NCBI GenBank assembly: GCA_050942895.1
Contig: JBMNOE010000012.1
Span: forward strand, 1,064 to 65,063
DNA: 64,000 nt
Reading direction: 5' to 3'
Source: Christensenellales bacterium
GTDB taxonomy: Bacteria; Bacillota; Clostridia; Christensenellales; UBA1750
The translations under genes and the position numbers were made by a program. The notes beneath the pieces are model-generated. The model had not been told where the DNA came from, did not search any database, and saw only the letters and a program-made list of their open reading frames with translations. This document shows positions 45,023 to 54,587 of the stretch, piece after piece (position 1 is the first letter of the stretch; each line of letters starts with the position of its first letter).

Positions 45023-45051
45023 TTGCTCCCTGCAAAAAGGAGTGCTATAAT
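45023..45051 (+). promoter_or_regulatory. Strong sigma-70-type promoter for the GNAT gene pair
   Basis: TTGCTC (45023-45028), a 17-nt spacer ending in TGC, then TATAAT (45046-45051). ATG is at 45070. Confidence 0.65.
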
Positions 45052-45069
45052 CTGAAAAAGGAGACTGCC

Positions 45070-45621
45070 ATGAAAGATAATTTTTACAAAATCGTCCCTT
45101 TGAAGGATGGCCGGGAAGCAGTCCTGCGCCCGCTGATGCCCTCGGACGCCCGGGAAATGATTGCCGTGATGAAACAGACCGCTGACGAAACCCGCTTTTT
45201 AACATATGAGCCCGGCGAATTTCCCTTTACCCTTGAACAGGAGCAAGCAGTCATCGAAAAATCCTTTCAAAATGAAAATGTCCTCTGGCTGGCGGCGGTA
45301 ATAGACGGCAGGATTGCCGGCACCTGCGAGGGAAGAATGATCTCCGGCAAGAGCCGTCTGCGCCACCGGGTGGGCCTTGGCATATCCATTTTGCAGCAGT
45401 ATTGGGGCCTTGGCCTCGGGCGGGCGCTGATGGGCGAAATAATCCTCTGGGCAAGGCAGAAGGGCTTTGAGCAAATTGAGCTGGGCGTGGTGGCGAACAA
45501 CGAAAGGGCAATCAGCCTTTACAAAAGCCTGGGCTTTGAGATCACCGGCACAGTCCCAAGGCATATGAAGTATCATGACGGCACATACAGCGATGAATAT
45601 TTGATGACATTGTTCCTTTAG
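45070..45621 (+). CDS. GNAT-family N-acetyltransferase
   Basis: ..ILQQYWGLGLGRALMGEIILWARQKGFEQIELGVVANNERAISLYKSLGFE. Confidence 0.85.
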   Translation: MKDNFYKIVPLKDGREAVLRPLMPSDAREMIAVMKQTADETRFLTYEPGEFPFTLEQEQAVIEKSFQNENVLWLAAVIDGRIAGTCEGRMISGKSRLRHRVGLGISILQQYWGLGLGRALMGEIILWARQKGFEQIELGVVANNERAISLYKSLGFEITGTVPRHMKYHDGTYSDEYLMTLFL

Positions 45622-45646
45622 CTTTTTATCGAACGGAGGAAACAAG

Positions 45647-46240
45647 ATGGATATCGACATCGTGAAGCTCGTGCCTGAACTGGCGGATGATTACGTCCGC
45701 TTTTTTGACGATACTCCCCATGACGACCATACCGACGATGGAAAATGCTATTGCGTGTGCTGGTGCAGCGACGATTCCGCCGGCAGGGACTTTTCATCCC
45801 GGGAGAAAAGGAGGGCTCTGGCCGAAAATTACGTCCGGGACGGCAGCATACAGGGCTATCTCGCCTACCGCGGCGGAGAGATCGTAGGCTGGTGCAATGC
45901 CAACGCAAAGTCAGATTGCCTGAAATGCATAAGCTGGCGGCGGTTTATGGGCGCGATTTCGACAGGGGATGTTGCGAATGATTTAAAAGTAAAATCAATA
46001 TTCTGCTTTGTGATCGCGCCGGACATGCAAAGGAAGGGGATCGCCGGGAAACTGCTGGAGCGGGTCTGCCATGACGCGGCTATGGATGGCTTTGATTTTG
46101 TCGAAGCCTATCCCAACAGGGAGTTCAAGGGCCCGGCGGAGGATTTCATGGGGCCGATCCAGCTATATTTAAAGAATGGATTTTCCCTCCATCACGAGAC
46201 GGAGCGGAAACTTGTGATCAGGAAAAGACTCAAAGGCTGA
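45647..46240 (+). CDS. GNAT-family N-acetyltransferase
   Basis: ..FCFVIAPDMQRKGIAGKLLERVCHDAAMDGFDFVEAYP..LYLKNGF. Confidence 0.8.
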   Translation: MDIDIVKLVPELADDYVRFFDDTPHDDHTDDGKCYCVCWCSDDSAGRDFSSREKRRALAENYVRDGSIQGYLAYRGGEIVGWCNANAKSDCLKCISWRRFMGAISTGDVANDLKVKSIFCFVIAPDMQRKGIAGKLLERVCHDAAMDGFDFVEAYPNREFKGPAEDFMGPIQLYLKNGFSLHHETERKLVIRKRLKG

Positions 46241-46315
46241 AACACAAAGGAGAGAGCAGCGCTCCCTACTTTTTTACATCCTGCCAATTTATTTTATATT
46301 TTCCAGATATCTGAG
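46240..46315. repeat. Direct repeat copy 1 (terminator hairpin plus dead copy of the M23 gene 3' end)
   Basis: AAACACAAAGGAGAGAGCAGCGCTCCCTAC-TTTTTT..CCTGCCAATTTATTTTATATTTTCCAGATATCTGAG is roughly 85-90% identical (by eye) to 46449-46527. Its reverse complement encodes ..LRYLENIK*. Confidence 0.85.
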
Positions 46316-46448
46316 CATTCCTTTAGTTTTGCCGGCAATGAAATGAAGCTGATGACGATATCGCAAAATCCTAACCCGATCGGCCTGGGATTTCACAGGG
46401 ATGATCCAGTTGTTTTTAAAAACTGTTTTTTCAAATAATAAAAACTTT

Positions 46449-46527
46449 AAACACAAAGGAGAGAGCCGTGCTCCCTCCTTTTTTATTCTATCCTGCCAAC
46501 TTATTTTATGTTTTCCAGATATCTGAG
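46449..46527. repeat. Direct repeat copy 2 (true 3' end of the M23 peptidase gene plus bidirectional terminator 46458-46484)
   Basis: It contains GGAGAGAGC-CGT-GCTCCCTCC followed by TTTTTT, and a T-rich run on the other strand. It overlaps the M23 codons ..PFLRYLENIK*. Confidence 0.85.
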
Positions 46528-47325
46528 AAACGGGTAGGGGTTCACCGCCGTGTGGTTGGACGGCACATACATGCCCACATGCAGATGGGGTATCATCACA
46601 TCATCCGTGCCCTCGGGGCCGTAGCCCGTGGAGCCGGCAAGGCCGATGACCTCCCCCGCATGGACTGCCTTGCCCACATAAAGCCCGGAGGCGTATGCGC
46701 TAAGATGGGCGTAATAGTAGTAAACGCCGTCAATGCCACGTATGCCAACTCGCCAGCCGCCCAGATTGTTCCAGCCCATCCTCTCCACGCGGCCGTCTCC
46801 CATTGAGAGTATCGGCGTGCCCGTGTCGCAGATGATATCAACGCCCTCATGGCTGCGCTCGCCGCCGAAGCTGCGGTAGGCCATCCATGAATCCTCATAC
46901 CAATACTGGACATCGCCATTTAAAGGGAAAACCTTGCCTGAGACCACATGCATTATGTCAGACATGCGGGCGATCTGCTTTTGTATATCGGTGCGAACGG
47001 ATGAACTTTCCACATATATCTTTAGCTGCTCTCTCTCGCTTTTCCCCTCACCCAATGCCAATATGCCCGCAATTTTATTGAGCAGCACCCCGTCGGGGTT
47101 TTGGATATCCCTGCCCTCGTATAGCCAGACCCCCACCAGCATATCCAGCGGAACGCTGCTGCCAGCCGCCTCCACGAAGGCCTCCAAGCCCCTGTCGCCA
47201 AATTCGCAGATGCTCAGCTTTCCGCTGGCAGCAGCAGTTGGCGGCGCAAAAACGGACAGCAGCACCAGGGCAGCCAGTAAAACCTTCACACCGGCCCTAA
47301 TGCCCCTGTTCTTTGCATAATTCAT
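46501..47325 (-). CDS. M23-family metallopeptidase (LytM-like) with signal peptide
   Basis: ..GERSHEGVDIICDTGTPILSMGDGRVE..YYYAHLSAY..GEVIGLAGSTGYG..IPHLHVGMY. The N-terminal signal peptide is ..VKVLLAALVLLSVFAPPTAAASG. Confidence 0.85.
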   Translation of the reverse strand: MNYAKNRGIRAGVKVLLAALVLLSVFAPPTAAASGKLSICEFGDRGLEAFVEAAGSSVPLDMLVGVWLYEGRDIQNPDGVLLNKIAGILALGEGKSEREQLKIYVESSSVRTDIQKQIARMSDIMHVVSGKVFPLNGDVQYWYEDSWMAYRSFGGERSHEGVDIICDTGTPILSMGDGRVERMGWNNLGGWRVGIRGIDGVYYYYAHLSAYASGLYVGKAVHAGEVIGLAGSTGYGPEGTDDVMIPHLHVGMYVPSNHTAVNPYPFLRYLENIK

Positions 47326-47440
47326 AAGCGCGCTTCCTCCTTGTTACCTTTTCCTTAAGAAAGGTTTTTATTTTTAAAACGCGCGCCGCAACAGTTTTGT
47401 CACATCCAATTTTTGGCTGTAGTCAGCCCTTTTACAGCCT

Positions 47441-48007
47441 TTACCATTTGCGGTAATCATTTTGGGTGGCGGCATACATGGCAAGGTCGATATGCTCTCC
47501 TTTGCTGTAGAGCTTCCCCCTTAGCACGCCTTCAAGCCTCATGCCGCATTTCTCCATCACCTTCCCGGAGGCAGGATTACGCACATCGTGGGTGGCTTCT
47601 ATCCTGTGCAGATTAAGGCTGTCAAAGCCGTATTCAAGCATGGCCTTCAGCGCCTCCGTCATAAGGCCCTTGTTCCACTGGCTTCTGGCAAGGGAATAGC
47701 CGATTTCAGCGCAGCCATGCTCATGGTTTATATAAGAAAACCCGATGGTGCCCACTATTCTGCCGCTGTCCTTAAGAGCGATTCCGTAGGAGGACGGCTC
47801 CCTGTTTCGGTACTGGCGCAAAACGCACTTTACGTAAAAACGCGAATCGGAAATACTCCTGTGGGGGTACCACAGCACATAGCGCGCCACCTGCGGATCT
47901 TTTGAGTAATCATATATATCCTGAGCGTCGCTCATTACAAGCTTTCTGATCACCAGCCTTTCGGTGACCAAATCGGGCATATATTCCTGACCAATGGGTG
48001 AAAACAT
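47441..48007 (-). CDS. GNAT-family (RimJ/RimL-type) N-acetyltransferase
   Basis: ..TERLVIRKLVMSDAQDIYDYSKDPQVARY..IGYSLARSQWNKGLMTEALKAMLEYGFDSLNLHRIEATHDVRNPASGKVMEKCGM. Confidence 0.85.
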   Translation of the reverse strand: MFSPIGQEYMPDLVTERLVIRKLVMSDAQDIYDYSKDPQVARYVLWYPHRSISDSRFYVKCVLRQYRNREPSSYGIALKDSGRIVGTIGFSYINHEHGCAEIGYSLARSQWNKGLMTEALKAMLEYGFDSLNLHRIEATHDVRNPASGKVMEKCGMRLEGVLRGKLYSKGEHIDLAMYAATQNDYRKW

Positions 48008-48072
48008 CTTCTTCCCCTTTTTTCTTTTCTTTTTCTTTTATTTTTCTTTTATTCATTTTGAGCAAAGCCTGA

Positions 48073-49788
48073 TCAGGCCGTAACTACAATTTTTTCCCAG
48101 GGGCGCAGCGCCAGCACATGGGCCTTCAATCGGCCGTCGATGACCATCACTTCCCGGGAATAATGGGGCGAATCGTTGACGACGCTGAGGGCACTGCCCT
48201 GCCTTTGAATCCTCGGCATCGGGCTTTCAACGGCTTGAGCGGCTTGAGCGTATATCTCCCTGCAGGAGGCCACAAGCCCCTCACTCGTGTAAAGCTTCAC
48301 GTCAACAGCCGTCAATCCTTCTCTTATTTCATCCTTACGGGGAGGGAAAATATCCCCGCATTGGACGCATCCCCTGTCCTGAATGAAGCTGGCGGCCCTG
48401 GTGGCAATCAGCGCGCCTGTATAGTCCCAGAAGATGATCTCCGCCAGCACAACCTGCCCTGAGAAATCATCGCAGCAGCTTATAAGCCTAATCTGCGAGC
48501 CAAGGGCTTCTTCCCCTTCGCCCCTTTCAATATGGACCACCCATGGCCGCAAGTTTTGGGAAGCGTAGCCGTATGCGGCGGTTGGTTCAAGCTCCCATGT
48601 TAACAGCGCGGCAGAGCTTTCATGCGCCATGGGCGATATCATCCCCGATATCAGTATAGGCCTTCCTTCTCTGCGGGCATTTTGCAGCGCCATGGGCAGG
48701 CTTTTTTCCACAGGGATCTGAATGAGAGCGGCGTCATCAAGAAATCCGCCATCCTCACCCTCTCTTATCAACGCCATGCCTAACTTGCTGCAAATCCTTT
48801 CAAAAAGAATGCTTTCCCGCAGTCCCCGCCTGATATAGACCGCGTTTATGCCCATATTTTTCAGAAGTGAAAGAGCCCTTTCGTATTCATCCGCCCCCAC
48901 ATCGCACAGCCTGGGCGAAACCGGCGACCAGACAACCGCCCTTGTCTCCTTTGAAGCTTTTTTTGGAGAAATGCAGGTTGTTTCAAGGGATACGGTATCA
49001 AAATCGCAGCGTATGCCTCCCCTTTCAACGGTCAGCCTTACGGAGCAATCGCCATCATGCTCCAGGTCAATCTCGTGGCACAGCTCCTGCTCCCTCGCCA
49101 GCAGGTTTTCCATTATGTTCGCCGTGCCCAACAGGCGGCCCTCCCGGACTATCCTGTACTTAAACATGTACTTGCCCCTGTTTGCCGCATCCACGAAAGC
49201 CGTTACGAGCGCCCTTCCTCCGGCGCGGCGCGCCGCGATTTTCTCTATCCGGCAATAGCTGGTGCTTTTAAAATAGACATCGCCACGAATGCCCCTGGGA
49301 GCGGTAAACGGAGCGTCCAGCCCTTCATAGGCGGCCTGCGCGCTTTTGATTGACTCGCAGCTGCACCCGAAGAAAGCTATCTCCAGCCTGTTCTCCCCTT
49401 CCTCGATAATATCTCCCGTTACATCAGCCTCTATGTCCTTTGTCTTCAGGCTAAATAATAGTATCTCCCTTCCGTTTAGAAAAACCGCTCCCTCGCCAAA
49501 TATATCCTCGATCCAAAGGAAATGCTTTTCGCTGAGGACATCCTGCGGCTCAGGGGGCATATCAAAGACAGCGGTGATTACCCAAAGCCTGTTGGCGGCC
49601 CATTCGCAGCCGCGCTCGTCCAGCCTGTAATCGGGGATTATGCCCGCCCTTTCCAGCGCACCGTCGACCGAGGAGGGCAGCTCAATGTCAACCCCCGAAA
49701 ACTCCGCCCGCCTTCGCCGGAAATCGCCGTAGCTTCTGTAGCCCGACATGCTCCATATCTCGTTTGAAAGGGAAATCTTTCTTGCCAT
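48073..49788 (-). CDS. GH2-like (beta-mannosidase-like N-terminal sugar-binding and Ig-like domains) protein, catalytic status unclear
   Basis: ..ELPSSVDGALERAGIIPDYRLDERGCEWAANRLWVITAVF..FLWIEDIFGEGAVFLNGREI..GENRLEIAFF.. resembles the GH2 N-terminal jelly-roll. No clear catalytic NE motif is seen. Confidence 0.45.
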   Translation of the reverse strand: MARKISLSNEIWSMSGYRSYGDFRRRRAEFSGVDIELPSSVDGALERAGIIPDYRLDERGCEWAANRLWVITAVFDMPPEPQDVLSEKHFLWIEDIFGEGAVFLNGREILLFSLKTKDIEADVTGDIIEEGENRLEIAFFGCSCESIKSAQAAYEGLDAPFTAPRGIRGDVYFKSTSYCRIEKIAARRAGGRALVTAFVDAANRGKYMFKYRIVREGRLLGTANIMENLLAREQELCHEIDLEHDGDCSVRLTVERGGIRCDFDTVSLETTCISPKKASKETRAVVWSPVSPRLCDVGADEYERALSLLKNMGINAVYIRRGLRESILFERICSKLGMALIREGEDGGFLDDAALIQIPVEKSLPMALQNARREGRPILISGMISPMAHESSAALLTWELEPTAAYGYASQNLRPWVVHIERGEGEEALGSQIRLISCCDDFSGQVVLAEIIFWDYTGALIATRAASFIQDRGCVQCGDIFPPRKDEIREGLTAVDVKLYTSEGLVASCREIYAQAAQAVESPMPRIQRQGSALSVVNDSPHYSREVMVIDGRLKAHVLALRPWEKIVVTA

Positions 49789-50333
49789 CAGCCCATGACC
49801 TGCTTTGCCATTAATATCGCTATCAGCGTTTTGCTGTCGCTTATCCCGCCATTTAACGCCATTTCATACAGTTCATCCAATGGAAACCAAGAAACATTCA
49901 CAAACTCGCCCTCGTCCGGCGAAGCCTCAGATTGGCTGAGACCCGTCGCCAGATAGATCGACACGGCCTCGTTGCAAAAGCCCGCCGCGGAGTGCATCTT
50001 CACCAGAAATTTCATCCGCTCCGCCGAAAGGCCTGTTTCCTCCTTAAGCTCACGGATGGCGCAGTCAAGGGGATCTTCGCCGGCGGCGTCCAGCTTGCCC
50101 GCGGGTATTTCCAGGGTAACAGCGCCCAAAGACGCCCGATATTGGCGCACCATGGCCGCCTCGCCCCTTTCATTCACCGGCAGAACAGCCGCCGCGCCCT
50201 TATGCAGGACAACCTCTCTGTAGGCTTCGCGGCCGTTTGGCAACCGAACTGTAATCCTGTCCAGGTTGAGGATCTTCCCCGTGTATATCCGCTTTCGTTT
50301 CGTCTCCTTTTCAATCAGATTCAAGTCATCCAT
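49788..50333 (-). CDS. NUDIX hydrolase, ADP-ribose pyrophosphatase-like
   Basis: ..VRQYRASLGAVTLEIPAGKLDAAGEDPLDCAIRELKEETGL.. Confidence 0.8.
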   Translation of the reverse strand: MDDLNLIEKETKRKRIYTGKILNLDRITVRLPNGREAYREVVLHKGAAAVLPVNERGEAAMVRQYRASLGAVTLEIPAGKLDAAGEDPLDCAIRELKEETGLSAERMKFLVKMHSAAGFCNEAVSIYLATGLSQSEASPDEGEFVNVSWFPLDELYEMALNGGISDSKTLIAILMAKQVMG

Positions 50334-51072
50334 TTTTTCTCAGCTCCTCCGGCGAAACGGGACATTTTCCTCTGGTGAACCGGACATGGCTTCCGCCGCC
50401 CTGGGCCGCCCAGCCGACTGCGTTGGCAATAACCCTTTGGACATTCTCATCGTGGTATATGGGGTAAGTCTCGTGGCCTGGCCTGAAATAGAATATCCTG
50501 CCGGCGCCTCTTTTGAAACAGCAACCGCTCCTGAATACCTCGCCGCCGCTGAACCAGGATATGAACACCAGCTCGTCCGGCTCCGGAATATCGAAAAACT
50601 CGCCGTAGGTTTCCTCCTGCTCAATTTCAAAGTATTCGCCAATGCCCTCCGCGATGGGATGCCCGGGCGATACCACCCACAGCCTTTCCAGCTCGCCCTC
50701 CTCCCTCCAGCGAAGATTGCTGGGCTCGGTGCCAAGCAGCAGGTTGAACATCTTAGATGCATGGGCCGAATGCAGGACTATCAGCCCCATGCCCTCCAGC
50801 ACCCTGCGCTTGATCCGCTGGGCGTTTTCATCGGTAATATCCTTATGTCCTTTGTGTGCCCAGTATATAAGCACATCGGTATTGTCCAAAATCTCTTCCG
50901 TCAGGCCCTGGCCTTCGTCCCACATGGTGGCGGTTTTAATCTGCGCATCGGTCAATTTTCCAAGGGAATCCGCGATTGCGCCATGAATTCCCTTGGGATA
51001 CATCTTCGCTATTGCTTCTTTTTCCCTTTCATGCATGTATTCGTTCCAGACGGTCACTCTTACGGCTTCCAT
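50326..51072 (-). CDS. ThuA-domain protein
   Basis: ..RVTVWNEYMHERE..DVLIYWAHKGHKDITDENAQRIKRRVLEGMGLIVLHSAH.SKMF..LRWRE..FYFRPGHETYP.. Confidence 0.8.
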   Translation of the reverse strand: MEAVRVTVWNEYMHEREKEAIAKMYPKGIHGAIADSLGKLTDAQIKTATMWDEGQGLTEEILDNTDVLIYWAHKGHKDITDENAQRIKRRVLEGMGLIVLHSAHASKMFNLLLGTEPSNLRWREEGELERLWVVSPGHPIAEGIGEYFEIEQEETYGEFFDIPEPDELVFISWFSGGEVFRSGCCFKRGAGRIFYFRPGHETYPIYHDENVQRVIANAVGWAAQGGGSHVRFTRGKCPVSPEELRKNG

Positions 51073-51301
51073 AAAATGCCCCCTTATATTTGTACAAGCC
51101 CTTTCAATACGATCATTTTAAATCAAAAAATAGCGATATGCAAGGAAAACGAAATATGCTATAATTAAGAAGGCATTTAAATTAAAAGCGCCAAAAACGA
51201 CAGGTGAGCGTCTCTATTGCATTTTATAGCAAGCTTCTGTTTCATGTATCATATTCTATAATATAATGAAACTGAAAATAAACATGAAAGGAAGGGGACT
51301 T

Positions 51302-51811
51302 ATGGAGACATTACAGGCAATAGTCCAACTGTTTCTAGCTAACTGGCCGGGGATTTTGTGCCTGATCGTAGGAATCGTGCTGATCGGCATTGAAATATTC
51401 CTTCCAGGCTTTGGTATTCCCGGCATTACGGGAATCGTGCTGACAACAATAGGCATCATCATATTGACCGATTCGCCCCTCACCGCTCTGGTGCTGATTT
51501 TGGCCATATTGGCCATACTGGGCATACTGATCGCCATAGCAATACGCAGCGCCAAAAAGGGCAGGATAGCTGAATCACCCCTTATACTGAAAGAAGAACT
51601 TGACAAAGAATCCGGCTTTTCCAGCGCCAGCGACATGGAGTACTTTGTTGGCCGCAGCGGCGTCGCCGCAACCGATCTTCGCCCCTCAGGCATCGCGGAC
51701 TTTGACGGCGTAAAGCTGGACGTGGTCACCGAGGGCAGCTTCCTTGAAAAGGGCAGCACCCTTGTGATCATCAGCGTGGAAGGCAGAAGGATTGTCGTTC
51801 GAAGGGATTGA
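51302..51811 (+). CDS. NfeD-family membrane protein
   Basis: An AGGAAGGGG RBS precedes ATG 51302. TM helices are followed by an OB-like C-terminus ..GRSGVAATDLRPSGIADFDGVKLDVVTEGSFLEKGSTLVIISVEGRRIVV. It lies upstream of floA, as is usual. Confidence 0.65.
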   Translation: METLQAIVQLFLANWPGILCLIVGIVLIGIEIFLPGFGIPGITGIVLTTIGIIILTDSPLTALVLILAILAILGILIAIAIRSAKKGRIAESPLILKEELDKESGFSSASDMEYFVGRSGVAATDLRPSGIADFDGVKLDVVTEGSFLEKGSTLVIISVEGRRIVVRRD

Positions 51812-51894
51812 TTTCCCAGTTAACTTAAAAGAGATCAAGCACAACCGCTCAGCAGAGCAAAAAGAAAAACTATAGAAAAGGCAGGGTGAATTAA

Positions 51895-52872
51895 ATGGAT
51901 TTTATACTCATCATTGGAATTGTCATTCTACTCATAATCGTACTGTCAGTATTTTTCTCATTCGTGCCCGTAGGCCTATGGATAAGCGCTCTGGCATCCG
52001 GCGTAAAGATAAAGATTTTCACGCTTATCGGCATGCGTATCCGCAGAATTGTCCCCGCAAGGCTGGTCAACCCCATGATCAAGGCCACAAAAGCAGGTCT
52101 TGACATCAACATCAACAAGCTTGAGGCCCACTATCTGGCGGGCGGAAATGTTGACAATGTTATCAACGCCCTCATCGCTGCCCAGCGCGCCAACATAAAC
52201 CTGGAGTTCGAAAGGGCCGCGGCGATAGATCTTGCCGGAAGGAATGTGCTGGAGTCGGTGCGCATATCGGTTAATCCAAAGGTGATTGAAACTCCCGCCA
52301 TATCCGCCGTTGCAAAGGACGGCATCGAGCTTCGCGCCAAGGCGAAGGTGACTGTGCGCGCCAATATCGACCGCCTGGTGGGCGGCGCCGGCGAGGAAAC
52401 CATCGTCGCCAGGGTTGGAGAGGGCATCGTCACCACCATCGGCTCGGCGGTAAACCACAAGGCAGTTTTGGAAAACCCGGACTCAATATCCCGCACGGTT
52501 TTGAACAAGGGCCTTGACGCCGGAACCGCCTATGAGATCCTGTCGATAGACATCGCCGACGTGGACGTAGGCAGGAACATCGGCGCCCAGCTTCAGACCG
52601 ATCAGGCCGAGGCCGACAAGCGCATCGCTCAGGCCAAAGCCGAGGAGCGCCGCGCCATTGCCGTTGCGCTGGAACAGGAAATGATCGCCTCCGTACAGGA
52701 GATGCGCGCTAAAGTGGTGGAGGCCGAAGCGGAAGTTCCCAAGGCCATGGCCGAAGCCCTTCGCCAGGGAAAACTGGGCGTTATGGACTATTACAACATG
52801 CAAAACGTTATCGCCGACACTCGAATGAGGGAGTCCATTTCGGATTCGGGCGGCGCTCCTTCCCAGGGCTAA
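51895..52872 (+). CDS. floA: Flotillin-like protein FloA (YqfA/UPF0365)
   Basis: ..[73 protein letters not shown]...[50 protein letters not shown]... Confidence 0.85.
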   Translation: MDFILIIGIVILLIIVLSVFFSFVPVGLWISALASGVKIKIFTLIGMRIRRIVPARLVNPMIKATKAGLDININKLEAHYLAGGNVDNVINALIAAQRANINLEFERAAAIDLAGRNVLESVRISVNPKVIETPAISAVAKDGIELRAKAKVTVRANIDRLVGGAGEETIVARVGEGIVTTIGSAVNHKAVLENPDSISRTVLNKGLDAGTAYEILSIDIADVDVGRNIGAQLQTDQAEADKRIAQAKAEERRAIAVALEQEMIASVQEMRAKVVEAEAEVPKAMAEALRQGKLGVMDYYNMQNVIADTRMRESISDSGGAPSQG

Positions 52873-52907
52873 GCTGAAAGCGAAAACAATTGCCTTGGAG
52901 GTGAAAA

Positions 52908-53459
52908 ATGTACTACGAATTTAATGCGCCAACCGGCATAGCTCCAGCCGGTGCAGCTACCGAAATCATAATCCTTGTGTTATTCATAGTGGCGATTCTC
53001 AGGGTGGTCATTGTATCCGCCCGCAAAAAGGCGGAGTTTGACCAGTACCAAAAGACAAAGGAGCAGTATCAAAACCCGGATCTAAAGCCTATAGTCGGTT
53101 ACCAGCAAAGGGATGGCAAGGCAGCTACGCCATCATCGCCGCCCAATATGAGCTACACCTTATCCCAAAGAGCGCCGAAGCCTTTTGTGGCCGGCTTCAC
53201 CGAAAGACGAGAAGGCACAGGCGATGCCCCTGGCTTGAAAGCGGCCGCAAGCGCAGATTCCCACGGGCAGATAAGGCAACCCAGGGAGCCCAAACACGGC
53301 AAAACCACCGATATCGACAATGCCTACTCGATAAAGGCTCGGCATGGAAGTCATTTAAATCTGAACCCCGCTTCTTTAAGGAAGGTTATAATTGCCAAGG
53401 AACTGCTTGACAGGCCTGTTTCAATGCGTGAAAAGCGGGGCTGCAAAGTAGCAAGATGA
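52908..53459 (+). CDS. Hypothetical single-pass membrane protein
   Basis: One TM segment (..TEIIILVLFIVAILRVVIV..) is followed by a low-complexity region. The conserved-looking tail is LRKVIIAKELLDRPVSMRE. ATGA overlap with the next gene. Confidence 0.55.
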   Translation: MYYEFNAPTGIAPAGAATEIIILVLFIVAILRVVIVSARKKAEFDQYQKTKEQYQNPDLKPIVGYQQRDGKAATPSSPPNMSYTLSQRAPKPFVAGFTERREGTGDAPGLKAAASADSHGQIRQPREPKHGKTTDIDNAYSIKARHGSHLNLNPASLRKVIIAKELLDRPVSMREKRGCKVAR

Positions 53460-54223
53460 ATAGCCCCATAGAATTAAAAGTGATGATATGCGATGACATC
53501 AATGAGATACGCCAGGTGCTAAAGCTGATGGTGGAATCGCAGGAAGGCTTTAATGTGTGCTCCATGGCTTCAAACGGAAACGAAGCCATGGAGCTCTTCA
53601 CCGCCACAAAGCCCGACGTGGTTTTGCTGGACGTTGACATGCCTGAAAAGTCCGGAATTGATGTGGCGCGCTTTATCCACGATATCGACCCCCGGGTGCA
53701 TATCATATTCGCCACAGCCCATTCCGGCTTTATGGACAAAGCCTTTGATGTCTACGCCTTTGACTACTGGATAAAGCCCTTTCGAAAGGAACGGGTTATT
53801 TCAACTTTGAGGAAAATCCGCGACTTGCGTCAGCGTCTTTCACAGGCGCCCGCAGCGCCGAGCCCTTCGCAGGCAGTCTCCATTGAAAAGCCTGACATAT
53901 CGCGGCTAATCATAAAAAAGAAGGATGCCGTGCTGTTCATAAATACCGGAGATATTGTACTGATCCGAAGGGAGGACCGCTCCACTGTTATTTACACCGC
54001 AAATGAAACACATAAGACCTCCGACTCGTTATCTTCAGTAGAGCGAAGGCTCAACCCCAAACACTTTTTTAGGAGCCATAAGTCATATATCATAAATCTG
54101 GCATATATTGACAGCATAACGCCTTATGGCAGGTGGACATATGCGATAAAGCTAAAGGGTATAAGGGAGGATGCGTTGATTACATCCGACAAGCTGGATG
54201 AATTAAAGCGACGTTTCGACTGA
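53456..54223 (+). CDS. LytR/AlgR-family response regulator (receiver plus LytTR domain), no adjacent histidine kinase
   Basis: The receiver is KVMICDDINEIR..PDVVLLDVDMPEKSGIDV..IIFATAH..YWIKP. The LytTR domain is ..FFRSHKSYIINLAYIDSITPYGRWTYAIKLKG. Confidence 0.85.
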   Translation: MNSPIELKVMICDDINEIRQVLKLMVESQEGFNVCSMASNGNEAMELFTATKPDVVLLDVDMPEKSGIDVARFIHDIDPRVHIIFATAHSGFMDKAFDVYAFDYWIKPFRKERVISTLRKIRDLRQRLSQAPAAPSPSQAVSIEKPDISRLIIKKKDAVLFINTGDIVLIRREDRSTVIYTANETHKTSDSLSSVERRLNPKHFFRSHKSYIINLAYIDSITPYGRWTYAIKLKGIREDALITSDKLDELKRRFD

Positions 54224-54291
54224 AAAACCCATGTGTTCACAAAATATTAACAAGATATGCGACTTTTTTAAGAAATTCCTCGGAGAAAGTG

Positions 54292-54320
54292 TTGCATAAA
54301 ACCTATAAGTATGGTATAGT
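54292..54320 (+). promoter_or_regulatory. Strong sigma-70-type promoter with extended -10
   Basis: TTGCAT (54292-54297), a 17-nt spacer ending in TGG, then TATAGT (54315-54320). Confidence 0.65.
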
Positions 54321-54326
54321 AACCAT

Positions 54327-54468
54327 GGAGGTATGTTCCAGCCAAGCTAATTGACTCCAATCCTTCTCACACTTTAATATCCAACCGAAATACGCCTATC
54401 TCAAAAACATTTTTTTAGCAGGCGGGACAATACCGGAGCCACCCCCAATGGGGTGGCTCATTTATTTT
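54327..54468 (+). ncRNA. Candidate ~140-nt sRNA or terminator-containing leader
   Basis: It is bounded by the promoter at 54292-54320 and the intrinsic terminator at 54436-54468. Only tiny ORFs are present (such as MEVCSQAN) and they lack a good RBS. Confidence 0.35.
54436..54468 (+). terminator. Rho-independent terminator
   Basis: GAGCCACCCC (54436-54445) pairs with GGGGTGGCTC (54450-54459) over a 4-nt loop, then ATTTATTTT. Confidence 0.75.
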
Positions 54469-54548
54469 GCATATCTGCCGTTCGCTGCCAAAAGCGAAAA
54501 ATCACAAAAGATATTTTAAGATATTATAAAATATCCGAATAACAAAAG

Positions 54549-54587
54549 CCCTCCTTGGAATAATTCTTTTAGGAGGGTTGTTTTATG
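54549..54587 (+). promoter_or_regulatory. Hairpin sequestering the Shine-Dalgarno of the ABC ATPase gene
   Basis: CCCTCCT (54549-54555) pairs with AGGAGGG (54571-54577), which is the only RBS for ATG 54585. TTGTTTT follows. Confidence 0.35.

Noticed and set aside
50266-51168. 300-aa + strand ORF
   Set aside because: It is antisense to the NUDIX and ThuA genes and has no recognisable motifs.
51256-52803. Several 100-170-aa - strand ORFs across the NfeD and FloA genes
   Set aside because: They are antisense to two strongly supported genes and have no RBS or motifs.
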